DNA from: Candidatus Aminicenantales bacterium
Lineage (GTDB): Bacteria > Acidobacteriota > Aminicenantia > Aminicenantales > Aminicenantaceae
DNA length: 64,000 bases
Assembly (NCBI GenBank): GCA_046760305.1
Contig: JBHIDX010000005.1
Location: 12,150 to 76,149, forward strand
Direction: 5' to 3'
Positions within the stretch are counted from its first letter, which is position 1. The number at the start of each line of letters is the position of its first letter. Below are positions 1 through 9,700 of this stretch, piece by piece. The notes under the pieces are model-generated. The model was not told the DNA's origin, searched no databases, and saw only the letters and a list, made by a program, of their open reading frames with translations. Position numbers and translations under genes: made by a program.

Positions 1-369
1 GCCAACATGAGCAGCTACTCTCACGTGGAGGAGTATGTGGCAGCCTCGGCCAGACCACTGGAGAGAGCTGACCTGGAGGTTATAGCAGCTTACAGGCATG
101 AGGCAGGGAAAAAGTACTGCCGCCTGAGCTGCAGCCAGTGTCTTTCCGCCTGTCCTTCTGGAGTTGCGGTCAATGAAGTCCTCCGCTTCAGAATGTATTT
201 TGAGGATTACAGAATGGAAAAAGAGGCTCTCCGCTATTATGCTGAGCTGGGAGAGGAGAAGAAACCTCTAAGCTGCAGCCGATGTCAGGCTCCATGTGAG
301 AGGGCATGTCCCTACGGACTCAGAGTGAGGGAAATGCTCATCACGGCTCATGAAATGCTGACTGCCTGA
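1..369 (+). CDS. C-terminal fragment of an Fe-S oxidoreductase with a 2x[4Fe-4S] ferredoxin-like domain, possibly aldo/keto-reductase-associated; truncated by the window start
   Basis: Frame is open from nt 1. Two Cys motifs, CRLSCSQCLSACP and CSRCQAPCERACP, fit CxxCxxCxxxCP-like dicluster ligands. No upstream stop inside the window. Confidence 0.5.
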   Translation, partial: ANMSSYSHVEEYVAASARPLERADLEVIAAYRHEAGKKYCRLSCSQCLSACPSGVAVNEVLRFRMYFEDYRMEKEALRYYAELGEEKKPLSCSRCQAPCERACPYGLRVREMLITAHEMLTA

Positions 370-416
370 GATAAAAAAATCTTTATCTACAATAAAGGCT
401 GAAAGGAGGTTCGGCC

Positions 417-1154
417 ATGACAAGATTACCGATAGCGGCAATGGCTGTTTTCCTCGCTGCTTTTCTTGCGCTGTACGGTCAGCAGAAGTTCGAAGAAGAT
501 GTCATTTCAACCTCTGGCGGTGAGTTAAAGATTGCTTTTATCGGTCATGCAACCCTGATTTTCGAGTTTGGAGGAAAGGTAATCCATGTTGACCCTGTAA
601 GCCGTTATGCTGATTATGGAAAGCTGCCTCGAGCAAACATCATCCTCGTCACTCATGAACACGGTGACCATTTTGACCCGCAAGCAATCTCCCTTATCCG
701 TACTGAAAAAACAGATATTATTCTAACCGAGAAATGTGCGGAGAAGATCAGAGGAGGAACCATAATCAGGAACGGAGAGAGAAGAGTCGTTCAGGGAATT
801 CCGATTGAGGCTGTTCCTGCCTACAACATCGTCCATAAGCGGAGAAGCGGCATTCCCTTTCATCCCAGGGGAGAAGGAAACGGCTACATCATCACTTTTG
901 CTGATAAAAGAGTCTATGTGGCCGGCGATACAGAAAACACCCCTGAAATGAAAAAGATAAAAGATATCGATATTGCCTTCCTGCCCATGAATCTTCCCTA
1001 TACCATGACTCCGGAAATGGTGGCCGATGCAGCTAAAGCCTTCAGGCCTAAAATCCTCTACCCCTATCACTACGGGAACACAGACACCTCCAGGCTTGTC
1101 CTCCTTCTTAAAGACGAAAGAGAGATCGAGGTTCGTATGCGGAAGATGAAATAG
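417..1154 (+). CDS. MBL-fold metallo-hydrolase with N-terminal signal/TM
   Basis: HEHGDHFD motif (HxHxDH metallo-beta-lactamase signature). Hydrophobic N-terminus. RBS-like aaaggagg upstream. Confidence 0.8.
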   Translation: MTRLPIAAMAVFLAAFLALYGQQKFEEDVISTSGGELKIAFIGHATLIFEFGGKVIHVDPVSRYADYGKLPRANIILVTHEHGDHFDPQAISLIRTEKTDIILTEKCAEKIRGGTIIRNGERRVVQGIPIEAVPAYNIVHKRRSGIPFHPRGEGNGYIITFADKRVYVAGDTENTPEMKKIKDIDIAFLPMNLPYTMTPEMVADAAKAFRPKILYPYHYGNTDTSRLVLLLKDEREIEVRMRKMK

Positions 1155-1156
1155 GC

Positions 1157-2710
1157 TCAATCGTTGAGGACTGAGGTCCACAGGTCTTCTCTTATGTAAA
1201 GAACGAGGAGTGTTTCTGGCCTGAGTCCGTAGTATTCAGGCTGATATCTTTTTCCAAGGACAAGATTCAGTTTTTCCGTAAAAGCGGTAGAGGAGATGAT
1301 GAGAGGTACGCCTCGCAGTTCTCCGGCCTCATTCACATCCTGCCAGTATCCCACCCGGCTGAATCCCCTCAGGTACCAGGGAAGAGGCCAGGCTTCATCA
1401 GGTGTGGTTATTATTTTTATCAGCATCCTTTTGCCCTCTGGGTGGTGAAGGGCGACATCATTGATTCTCCTTACCAGGTTCAGAAAATCACGGCTTGTCT
1501 GCGCATAGACATAGGGGTTGCGGGGATCGGATTCATATTTTAAGTTGGCGCGGTAACTCTGAAGGCCAAGGTGAAAAACACCCACACAGAGAGCGGAAAT
1601 AACAACGGTCTGAAAAAGGAGACTTTTTGCCGCTCTCAGAATAAAAGAAACTCCGCAGCCGGCGAGAAGGATGACCCCGAGATAGAAAGGAAGCATATTC
1701 CAGGGAGTTTTGTAAGGAATCAGAGAAAAAGAAACTGTTGTGAAGAGCGTGTAGAAGAAAAGAAACCTGGAGAGTGGGTGGCTGCTGTTTTCTTTACGAG
1801 GTCCAGTCGAGAAAGCAGCCACACATCCAGCAAGAGCCATGCCCAGGATAAGGGCTTCGCTCCACACAGGGCCTGAGCCGTATCGGGAGAGGCCGAGCAT
1901 TTTCAGGTAATAGTACCAGGGATGAGCATGAATTCCAGCCGCTGTCGTTTTCCTAAAATAGGAGAAAAATGCAAGAAAAGAATCCACGAAACCGCCCGGG
2001 TTCCGGAAAAATGATGAGTAAAAAAGAAAGGAGATAGAAAGAGCCACGGTCAAAAATACCGAGAGATGGAGAAAGGATGATTTCAGAGAAATTTTCCCCA
2101 GCGCCTCTTCTCGTGCGGAGGTAAGCCGGGTGAAAACAAGTGAGGCAATAAAGGCGGTGAAGATAATAACGCTCGTTTCTTTAGTGGCATACATCATCCC
2201 GAGGAAAAAGCCGGTGGCGGCTGCCCAACCCAGACTCCTGCTTCGGGCATAACGCCAGCCGCTGGCGATGGCGCCCAGGGCAAAGAAAAAAAGAAGCATC
2301 TCCTGGATGTAGAACCTGCTGTAAAAAACCAGAGCAGGTGAGAGGGCAGCGAAAAGTGCGGAGAAGAAAATCTCTTCTGAATTAAATCCTCCTTTAAAAA
2401 GAAGGAGGAGTAAGATTGCGCCTGTACCGAAGAAGCCTGTTACCAGACGCAGGGTTTTCTCGTTTAAAGCAGCAAATGAACTACCTGAGCTCAGCCAGGC
2501 AAAGGGAATGGTGAGGTAGTAGAGGGTAGGGCCATGGTGTTCATGCTTATCATAGCGGTATTCGCCTTTTTCCAGAAGGTTACCGAATTTGACAGCCTGG
2601 TTAGCTTCGTCGTGATGCATGGGCCGCAGGTCAAGCTTTACCAGCCTGAAAATCAGTGCGGCGCAGAGAACGAGGAGAAAAAAAAGGTAAAAAGTTGTTT
2701 TTTTCTTCAT
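1157..2710 (-). CDS. Polytopic membrane glycosyltransferase, family 39 / ArnT-like (phospholipid-carrier-dependent)
   Basis: About 12 predicted TM helices. The N-terminal loop with R..HHDEANQA..G..L and the YYLT segment is typical of GT39/PMT_2-type enzymes. ATGA start/stop overlap with the upstream discoidin gene. Confidence 0.65.
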   Translation of the reverse strand: MKKKTTFYLFFLLVLCAALIFRLVKLDLRPMHHDEANQAVKFGNLLEKGEYRYDKHEHHGPTLYYLTIPFAWLSSGSSFAALNEKTLRLVTGFFGTGAILLLLLFKGGFNSEEIFFSALFAALSPALVFYSRFYIQEMLLFFFALGAIASGWRYARSRSLGWAAATGFFLGMMYATKETSVIIFTAFIASLVFTRLTSAREEALGKISLKSSFLHLSVFLTVALSISFLFYSSFFRNPGGFVDSFLAFFSYFRKTTAAGIHAHPWYYYLKMLGLSRYGSGPVWSEALILGMALAGCVAAFSTGPRKENSSHPLSRFLFFYTLFTTVSFSLIPYKTPWNMLPFYLGVILLAGCGVSFILRAAKSLLFQTVVISALCVGVFHLGLQSYRANLKYESDPRNPYVYAQTSRDFLNLVRRINDVALHHPEGKRMLIKIITTPDEAWPLPWYLRGFSRVGYWQDVNEAGELRGVPLIISSTAFTEKLNLVLGKRYQPEYYGLRPETLLVLYIREDLWTSVLND

Positions 2711-3393
2711 CTGGCCGCTAAGCCGTAAACCTCCACTTCCACATAGTGGTTCATATCATTTGAAGTGTTTCCCCTGCTGTAGAGCCGCACATATCTTGCC
2801 TTCACTCCCCGGGCGTCGATGAGACGGCCCTCGTATGTTTCTATATATTCTTTGTCCTTTCCGATACCAAGGCCGGCAGAGTTGTCGTGGTCGTTGTTGA
2901 AGAGGGTTGTTACAGCGGTGATAAAGTCCGGATCATCAGAGACCTGGACAATTACATCCCGGTAGACACGGGCCTGGCTGTGGTAGTGCCAGACGAGAAT
3001 GACATGGAGGTTGAAAGATTGCCCGAGATCAATCTGCACCCACTGCACGCCCGGGCCGAGCTCGACGTAATATCCTTCTTCGCCCGATTTTTCCCCATCT
3101 GTCACGTATTCAAGCTCGCCGATAACGGGTTCGGTGTCGCTGGCTGTCACCCTTTTTCCCAGCGAAAGAAGCTCTGTGCCCTGGGGAACAAAGAAAGGCC
3201 CGCGGGGTTTTCCGGTTATTTTTTCAAGGTTCGGGCTTCGGATATTCCTCGGAGTGCCGACAAACATCGGCTTGGGAAGTTCCAGCTTGAGTTCTACTTT
3301 TTTCTTTTCTTCCTGGAGGCTTATTCCTCCTCCTAGAGAAAAAGAGATAAAGAAGACCACCGAAATGATAATAAACAGCATCTTTTTTCTCAT
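2707..3393 (-). CDS. Secreted discoidin (F5/8 type C) domain protein
   Basis: Signal peptide followed by a galactose-binding-like domain. The WVQIDLG...YVRLY...VEVEVYG pattern is characteristic of F5/8-C domains. Confidence 0.6.
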   Translation of the reverse strand: MRKKMLFIIISVVFFISFSLGGGISLQEEKKKVELKLELPKPMFVGTPRNIRSPNLEKITGKPRGPFFVPQGTELLSLGKRVTASDTEPVIGELEYVTDGEKSGEEGYYVELGPGVQWVQIDLGQSFNLHVILVWHYHSQARVYRDVIVQVSDDPDFITAVTTLFNNDHDNSAGLGIGKDKEYIETYEGRLIDARGVKARYVRLYSRGNTSNDMNHYVEVEVYGLAAR

Positions 3394-3403
3394 CCCTCAC
3401 TCC

Positions 3404-4315
3404 TTATTCAAAAACCTCAAACCTTTCAGGGTCGATGATAACCATGGCCCATACCTCTGGATGCTCACAGCAGAAAGCCCTAACCTCTTCGGTACTCATG
3501 GCCATGAAGGCTGTGCTCAGGGCGTCAGAGACTGCGGCCGAAGGGTGTGAGGCCCAGGCAGCAAGATGGCCTGAGGCTGTTTCTCCTTTTCTGGGATCGA
3601 AAATATGGCTTCCCTTGACCTCAGTACCTGAACCGCTCAGGGCCCTGTCCTTGAGCAGAAATTCTTTCTTCATCTTTTTAATTTTCCATTTCCCGCCCAC
3701 TCCTACCATCCATCCCTCTCTCTCAGAAGAATTATGGGCTGGAGAGCCTAGAGCAAGGGCTGTGCTCGTTCCTGCGTGGAGAAGAGCCCGCTCGAGGCCC
3801 CAGTCAGAAACTATTTCCGCTGCTCTATCGAGGGCAAACCCTTTTCCGATTCCGCCGAGGTCAATACAAGCTCCCTGGCCTTCTTCTTTTTTAAAACGAG
3901 GTGAGTACTTCAATCTGAATCCCCTCCAGGTGCGGCTGAGTTCTATTGACTGCAGACTACCAGCCTTATCAACGGGGAGGGCTTTATCTTTTTCCTCTTT
4001 GTATGTTAACAGAGAGGCGAAGGAGATATCAAAAGCTCCCCTGGTTTCAGACCAGATACTGAGTGCTGTTTTTAAACATTCGTATGTTTCGACTCCAATC
4101 ATCAGACTCTGTCCGGGTTTGAGGAGGTTTATCTGGCCTATTTCACTGCAGGGGTCAAACCTGTTGAAGAGTCTCTCGAGTCGGTCAACCTCAGCAAAGA
4201 CGGCCTGTGAAACCTGGCGTGCGTACTCCTCGTCACCGCCTGGGGTCAGGAGCTCAAATGTTGTTGCCATGGAAAAGTGGGAAAAGCGGAGAACTCTGAC
4301 CTCTTTTTTTCTCAT
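3404..4315 (-). CDS. apbE: FAD:protein FMN transferase (ApbE family)
   Basis: ApbE hallmarks MATTFEL, IDLGGIGKGFALD and SGSGTEVKGSHIFDPRKG. Length about 300 aa. Confidence 0.85.
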   Translation of the reverse strand: MRKKEVRVLRFSHFSMATTFELLTPGGDEEYARQVSQAVFAEVDRLERLFNRFDPCSEIGQINLLKPGQSLMIGVETYECLKTALSIWSETRGAFDISFASLLTYKEEKDKALPVDKAGSLQSIELSRTWRGFRLKYSPRFKKEEGQGACIDLGGIGKGFALDRAAEIVSDWGLERALLHAGTSTALALGSPAHNSSEREGWMVGVGGKWKIKKMKKEFLLKDRALSGSGTEVKGSHIFDPRKGETASGHLAAWASHPSAAVSDALSTAFMAMSTEEVRAFCCEHPEVWAMVIIDPERFEVFE

Positions 4316-4959
4316 CCGTGGTTTTCCTCAAAAAACGACAAATAGAAAAAGGCAATGGCTGAAAGCAAGGCAACAAGACCACTGTACTCGTGGGCTCTGA
4401 AAATATCAATCTCAACACTCAGAGCAAAGAGGGGAAGCATGAGGCTTAAGGCGGTTAGGATCTGGGTCAGTCCACACAGAGTAAAAATCCAGAAGGCTGC
4501 ACACAGCCTCAGGCCTGAGGTGCTGGTTTTATCGTCAGGAGACTTTTCATCGAACCTGTAGAAGCGGGCCCTGAGCACGACCACTGCCCCAAGGGAGAGA
4601 GCAAAAAGGCTGCCGAAAAAAACATGCAGCACCAGGAATATGCCTGAGAGCCTCAGACCTCCCACAGCCGGCACCATACCGCTCAGCACCAGGTAGGAGA
4701 AGCTTCCTGCCAGGGTGAAAAAAATCCATCTCTGCTCCCGAGGATAACTGAGCTTGAGCCAGTCTGAGAAGTGCCTCACCGCCTTTTTCCTGCCCTCATT
4801 TTTAAAGAGGTCCGCTGTTGTGCGCCAGAGCCAGGAGGGATAGGTGAGGAGAAAAGACCTTGAATTTCTGACAGCGGAAAATTGTCTTTTTCTGAAACGC
4901 AGGAAGGTGAGGATGAGAAGAAGTCCGAACAAAGAGGCTGCAGTGATAAGGCCGAACAT
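4312..4959 (-). CDS. Polytopic membrane protein with conserved His residues, possibly a b-type haem or quinone-interacting anchor
   Basis: Four to five TM helices with His residues in or near the membrane (LHVFFG, RAHEYSG). ATGA overlap with apbE. Lies immediately downstream of the multihaem cytochrome. Confidence 0.4.
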   Translation of the reverse strand: MFGLITAASLFGLLLILTFLRFRKRQFSAVRNSRSFLLTYPSWLWRTTADLFKNEGRKKAVRHFSDWLKLSYPREQRWIFFTLAGSFSYLVLSGMVPAVGGLRLSGIFLVLHVFFGSLFALSLGAVVVLRARFYRFDEKSPDDKTSTSGLRLCAAFWIFTLCGLTQILTALSLMLPLFALSVEIDIFRAHEYSGLVALLSAIAFFYLSFFEENHG

Positions 4960-4965
4960 GAGGGG

Positions 4966-7296
4966 CTATCTCCTTTTCTCGATGAGTCCTGATAATTTTC
5001 CGATTGACAGTAAGAAGAGGAGGAAAACAACAGTTCCGATCACAGTTGCCGAGATAAAAAGGGCTGTCTTCAGGAGAGGCCTCAGTCTGAAGGAGAGTCC
5101 GAATAATTTCTGGTAAGGTTTGCTGAGGCCCATCAGCGAATGGCCTGAGATCTTAACCGGATTCTGTATTTTAAGCGCTCCCACTGCTCTTACCTTATGA
5201 AAAAAAAACGATGAGTTTGCTGAGTGACAGTCCCTGCAGCCGCTGCTTCCCAGGGACTGCTGGGCTGGCCGCACGTGGTGAGCCAGAGGCCAGACAACAG
5301 GCCCTGCTGCCCTGTGTTTGAGTGAGATGAGATCTCCTTCAGGGCCCAGCCTGAACATCCTCCCTCCGGAGACATAGAAAAAGAAAGAGGAGGGGGAAGA
5401 AGCGCTGTTTTTTTTCTGCCGGGAAAGAGAATCGAGGATGAGTTTTACCTGTTCTTCAGTGAGCGTATATTCTGTGCCCACAGTAGAAACAACTGTCCTC
5501 ACCTGGAAATTTGAGACAAGGGGCATTGTCCCTTCTTTAACCACCCAGACCAACTCCGGGTAATCTTTTGCTTTCCTGGGCGCTGGCTTCTTTTCAAGAT
5601 AGCCATCCTTAATCACGTAGAGCACATCTCGGCACAGCAGGGCAGGAGGGCCAGGGACTTCCTCCATTTTTTCCAGAGCGTCGAGCACGCTGAGGATGAT
5701 TTCCTCCACCCCAGCCTCTGATTCCTCGCTTTTGGGGTCGAACTGAGGGATTAAAGGACTTATTTTTCCTTCTTTCTTTACTCCCCACCAGGTATCAGCT
5801 CTTAAAGGCTGCGGCACAAGAGAAGAGACGTCAAGCCTGCCATCCACATTCGGCTCGTAAGCTTTTCCCCTGGCGACAAAAACCGGGATTCCCTCAAGCT
5901 CAGCGTAGAGGGCAAGAGCAGTGAGGATACGCACCACTTGCTCCTCGGCATAAAGAATATCTCCACCAGCCTGGCGTATGTCTGAGGGTGGGAGGAGCGT
6001 AATTTTTTCCCCATCCGAGAGGCCCCAGAAAGCGGGCCACATTAATCGGTGGGGATGGATTTTACCTGAACTATCTTTTAGATAAACAGGCTCGAAGATG
6101 TAGGGCATTTCGGTCGACCAGCGGGCAATGCCGTAAATACCGAGACGATTAGCACGCGAGGTGCGCACTCTCACTGGACTCTTGGCCGGTCTGAAGCCAG
6201 CGTGGCACACAGTGCAGGATAGCCTCTCGAAATGCACAGCCGGAATTCCCCGATGACGCGGATAGGGTGCACCCAGCCGTCCGGTTTCGGAACGACTCTT
6301 CCTGGCCAAGTTCCTTCCCATGTGACATCCCTGGCAGGTGAATTCAGCCGCATCCTCCCTTCCGTAGCCAGCATATTCTGCCTCATAGCCGCGTATCATG
6401 TTATGACTTATGTCATTTCGGTGGCAGTCTACACATTCCTTTCCAGCGGCTGAATGAACATCTTCTACGGCTGTGAATTTTTTCGACCCTGCTCTTGAGA
6501 CTGAGTGACAGGTAAGGCATCGGCTGTCATCAGGTTCTCCGCTGATGTCAAAGAACACACGATGCTGGCTGTCAAAGTGCCAGGTTTTGTACCTTACATA
6601 GGGAACAACAGCCCATTCTGTATCATCAGGATTTGGCCCGTCGATTATATCCCATGTATCTGGAAGGCGGGAGGCCATGCCTCCTACCTCCCCCAGGCCT
6701 GAAGCAGCCGTTGCTGCCCAGCGGAAATTCTGGCGGAGCACCTGTTTGGCCCATTCACTGTGGCTCTGGATCCTGGAGGCGTTATGGCAGGCCATGCAGT
6801 TTATTTCAAGTTTTCCAGAAACATTCCAGCGGGATTCAGGGCTCACTTCCTCACTCGGCTCACCAACTCCACCGCCTGCCATGTGTCTTCCGAAAAGGAG
6901 AGTGAAATTCCAGGGACTCAGCCCTACATCCTCGGGATTCCATACTCCTGGCCAGTTATGGTAGGAGAGGGGAAGGATGGTTCCTGTTTTTGGCTCAACC
7001 CAGACCCATGGCTCTCCTGGCCGACCGTCCTCAGGAGAGGAAGAAGCATTGAAGTGAAGACCCTGGTTGATAAGCTCATAGTCATGACAGGGGGCACAGG
7101 TAAAGCGGGTTGAATAAGGCAGGGGGTAAGGAAGGGTGGGAACGATGAGCTGGTCAAACTCATCCCTGAGTTGAATGAGGTGAACCGGGGTGGTACGGCT
7201 TCCATCCCAAGCCTTGGTTTTCTGTTGACACAACAATGTGCTCCCATCCACAACAAGGGGAAAGAAAAGGATGAGATAAATAAATTTTTTTTTCAT
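4966..7296 (-). CDS. Multihaem c-type cytochrome (7 CxxCH) with N-terminal signal peptide and C-terminal TM anchor
   Basis: CxxCH motifs CAPCH, CMACH, CLTCH, CVDCH, CQGCH, CTVCH and CRDCH. Cleavable signal peptide. Hydrophobic C-terminal helix. Start overlaps (ATGA) the stop of the upstream Gfo/Idh/MocA gene. Confidence 0.85.
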   Translation of the reverse strand: MKKKFIYLILFFPLVVDGSTLLCQQKTKAWDGSRTTPVHLIQLRDEFDQLIVPTLPYPLPYSTRFTCAPCHDYELINQGLHFNASSSPEDGRPGEPWVWVEPKTGTILPLSYHNWPGVWNPEDVGLSPWNFTLLFGRHMAGGGVGEPSEEVSPESRWNVSGKLEINCMACHNASRIQSHSEWAKQVLRQNFRWAATAASGLGEVGGMASRLPDTWDIIDGPNPDDTEWAVVPYVRYKTWHFDSQHRVFFDISGEPDDSRCLTCHSVSRAGSKKFTAVEDVHSAAGKECVDCHRNDISHNMIRGYEAEYAGYGREDAAEFTCQGCHMGRNLARKSRSETGRLGAPYPRHRGIPAVHFERLSCTVCHAGFRPAKSPVRVRTSRANRLGIYGIARWSTEMPYIFEPVYLKDSSGKIHPHRLMWPAFWGLSDGEKITLLPPSDIRQAGGDILYAEEQVVRILTALALYAELEGIPVFVARGKAYEPNVDGRLDVSSLVPQPLRADTWWGVKKEGKISPLIPQFDPKSEESEAGVEEIILSVLDALEKMEEVPGPPALLCRDVLYVIKDGYLEKKPAPRKAKDYPELVWVVKEGTMPLVSNFQVRTVVSTVGTEYTLTEEQVKLILDSLSRQKKNSASSPSSFFFYVSGGRMFRLGPEGDLISLKHRAAGPVVWPLAHHVRPAQQSLGSSGCRDCHSANSSFFFHKVRAVGALKIQNPVKISGHSLMGLSKPYQKLFGLSFRLRPLLKTALFISATVIGTVVFLLFLLSIGKLSGLIEKRR

Positions 7297-8663
7297 GTTC
7301 GAAAATGCTCTGGCCGGAATTTAAACATGCGTCTGTTTTTAACCACCTCGTTAGCCTTAAGCACAGCTACGGCTGTTTCATACCCCACTTCAGCCGGGCA
7401 GTTCAGCGGTGTGCCGTGGATGATGGCGTTGAAGAAATTTTCAAGATGTGGCTGGTGAGGCGGCTTTGCCAGCTCCACGGGCAGAGGCCATCGTCCCGCC
7501 TCAGCCGTCACTCTCACATCGAGGAAAATGTTCTTTGTCTCCAGTTTCTGAAGAGGAGGTTTTTCGGATTTGAGAAGTCCGAGCCTCACCAGAGAATCCC
7601 ATTCAGGCGCATGTGCTTCCCGCATAGCCCAGTTTCCCCTTTGAGGCACTTCGGAAATGACGAGGGAACCGTTATCTCCCATGAAGGCTTCGTAAAAACC
7701 CCCATGCTTGGTCGTGGTCTGAACCTGGTAGAAGGCACGTACACACCGCTCACCTGTCTCAAACTCGTAGATGGTCATGACATTGTCATACCATTCCCTG
7801 TCCGGGTAGTAATCGCGTCCGCCGCTGGCTATTACTGCCGATGGGTTTTTTCTCATCACCCAGCTGAAGAGGTCTATCTGATGTGAACCGAGGTCAACCA
7901 GGGGACCTCCGCCGTATTTTTTAAACCAGCGCCAGTTTCTGAACTCAACCATGGAGCGGTAGCCGTATTTGGCGAGTTTTTCTGGGCTGATGGTGTATTT
8001 TTTCGGCCAGCCGAGCATGTCGCTCCTGGCTCGGCACCACTGGGCATAGAGGGATGTAATCTGTCCGAGAAGCTTATGTTCATGGATAAGGCGTTCGATG
8101 GCGTGGATGTAGCGGGGATTGCTGCGGCGCTGGTGCCCGATCTGGAGAAGTTTTCCTGTCCTACGAGCTGTCTCGACCATCGACCTCGCCTTTTCGAGGG
8201 AGTTGGACATCTCTTTCTCGCAGTAGACATGGAGCCCTGCTTCAAGACAGGCGTCAGTGTGTTCGGCATGCATCCAATCAGGGGTGGCGACGATGACAGC
8301 ATCGAGGTTCTTTTCGCTGGTAAGCATCTCCCTGTAGTCCTCGTAGACATTCACCTCGTAGCCGTATTTTTTGAGGTACTGACTTGCATACCTCTGGCTG
8401 TATTCCCAGATGTCGCATACAGCTACAATCTGCACCGTGGGGATGCGGAGGCATGAGTCGATTAAAACCCTGCCCTGTACCCCGGCGCCGATGATGGCCA
8501 CTGCCAGCTCGGCTGATTTCTTCTTCTGCGGAGCGCTTCCTCCCGGAGGACGGACAGCCGCCTTTCCAGCCAGGGCAACGCCAAGGCTGGCCGAGGCCGA
8601 GCTTTTGAGAAAATCCCTTCTTGTCAATTTTCTTATCTTACCCTTATTTTTTAAGCTGGACAT
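7293..8663 (-). CDS. Tat-exported Gfo/Idh/MocA family oxidoreductase (glycoside 3-dehydrogenase-like)
   Basis: Twin-arginine signal TRRDFLKSSASASLGVALA. Rossmann motif IGAGVQG. Gfo/Idh/MocA C-terminal domain. Confidence 0.85.
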   Translation of the reverse strand: MSSLKNKGKIRKLTRRDFLKSSASASLGVALAGKAAVRPPGGSAPQKKKSAELAVAIIGAGVQGRVLIDSCLRIPTVQIVAVCDIWEYSQRYASQYLKKYGYEVNVYEDYREMLTSEKNLDAVIVATPDWMHAEHTDACLEAGLHVYCEKEMSNSLEKARSMVETARRTGKLLQIGHQRRSNPRYIHAIERLIHEHKLLGQITSLYAQWCRARSDMLGWPKKYTISPEKLAKYGYRSMVEFRNWRWFKKYGGGPLVDLGSHQIDLFSWVMRKNPSAVIASGGRDYYPDREWYDNVMTIYEFETGERCVRAFYQVQTTTKHGGFYEAFMGDNGSLVISEVPQRGNWAMREAHAPEWDSLVRLGLLKSEKPPLQKLETKNIFLDVRVTAEAGRWPLPVELAKPPHQPHLENFFNAIIHGTPLNCPAEVGYETAVAVLKANEVVKNRRMFKFRPEHFRT

Positions 8664-8687
8664 TTTCCCCTTCTTTATATTTTGAGT

Positions 8688-9677
8688 TTATTTTTTCATT
8701 TCTTTATCGAAGGCAATCTCTGAAGGAGAAAAGTTTATGCTTCTTATGAATTCGAGCGATTCCTGGGCACCGAATTCACGCTCCATTCCGTTGTCTTCCC
8801 ACTCAACTGAGAGAGGGCCTTCGTATCCTATCTCATTCAGGGCCCGGATTATTTCCTCGAAGTTAACGTCACCATGTCCCAGGGAGCGGAAATTCCATCC
8901 CCGCCTTATGTCACCAAAGGGGAGATGGGAGCCGAGAATTCCAGCTTTTCCGTCCAGGTTGAGAGCCACATCCTTCATGTGGGTGTGGTAGATGCGCTCA
9001 GGGAATTCGAGGATGAAGAGATGAGGCTCCATTCCCTGCCAGAGAAGGTGGCTGGGGTCAAAGTTAAGTCCGAGTGTTGGTCTGTGGTCAAAGACCTCGA
9101 AGAGGCGCTTTGTTGTGTAGAGGTCAAAAGCAATTTCAGTCGGATGGACCTCGAGGCCGAATTTTACCCCGCAGCGCTCGAACTCATCAAGAATTGGCGT
9201 CCAGAGCTCGTGAATCTTCCTGAACCCTTCTTCGACCATTTCCTCGGTTGTGGGCGGGAAAGAATACCAGAACTTCCAGATCGGAGAGCCCATGAAACCG
9301 TTGACCACCGAACAGCCCATGTTTCTGGCAGCTCTGGCCGTATGCTTCATCTCCTCGATGGCCCATTCGCGGATCCGGTCGGGTTTACCCTTCACCTCCT
9401 CAGGCACAAACACATCCAGACGCTCGTCATACCTGTCGCCGACACACTGACCGGCAAGATGGGCGCCCAGGGCCCAGCATCTCAGATTGTTTTTTTCGAG
9501 CATCTTCTTTTTTCCCTTTACATAATCCCCGTCTTCAGATGCTTTGCGCACCTCCATGTGGTCTCCCCAGCAGGCGATTTCCAGGCCCTCATAGCCCCAG
9601 CTGCCGGCTTTCTTGCACATCTCAGTAAAAGGCAGATCCGCCCACTGGCCTGTAAATAAGGTCACAGGTCTTGCCAT
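8688..9677 (-). CDS. Sugar phosphate isomerase/epimerase (xylose-isomerase-like TIM barrel)
   Basis: AP-endonuclease-2 / xylose-isomerase-like fold signatures (GYEGLEI, HxKD, EWED). Start set at the internal ATG at 9677, which has aaggagg 7 nt upstream; the longer ORF would overlap the next gene by 46 bp. Confidence 0.8.
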   Translation of the reverse strand: MARPVTLFTGQWADLPFTEMCKKAGSWGYEGLEIACWGDHMEVRKASEDGDYVKGKKKMLEKNNLRCWALGAHLAGQCVGDRYDERLDVFVPEEVKGKPDRIREWAIEEMKHTARAARNMGCSVVNGFMGSPIWKFWYSFPPTTEEMVEEGFRKIHELWTPILDEFERCGVKFGLEVHPTEIAFDLYTTKRLFEVFDHRPTLGLNFDPSHLLWQGMEPHLFILEFPERIYHTHMKDVALNLDGKAGILGSHLPFGDIRRGWNFRSLGHGDVNFEEIIRALNEIGYEGPLSVEWEDNGMEREFGAQESLEFIRSINFSPSEIAFDKEMKK

Positions 9678-9700
9678 GGCTTCCTCCTTGGTATGAATGA

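Noticed and set aside
3435-4400. 321-aa plus-strand ORF antisense to apbE
   Set aside because: Pro/Ser/Arg-rich low-complexity translation typical of antisense frames in GC-balanced genes. ApbE motifs on the opposite strand are unambiguous.
8874-9659. 261-aa plus-strand ORF antisense to the TIM-barrel gene
   Set aside because: No motifs. It fully overlaps a well-supported CDS.
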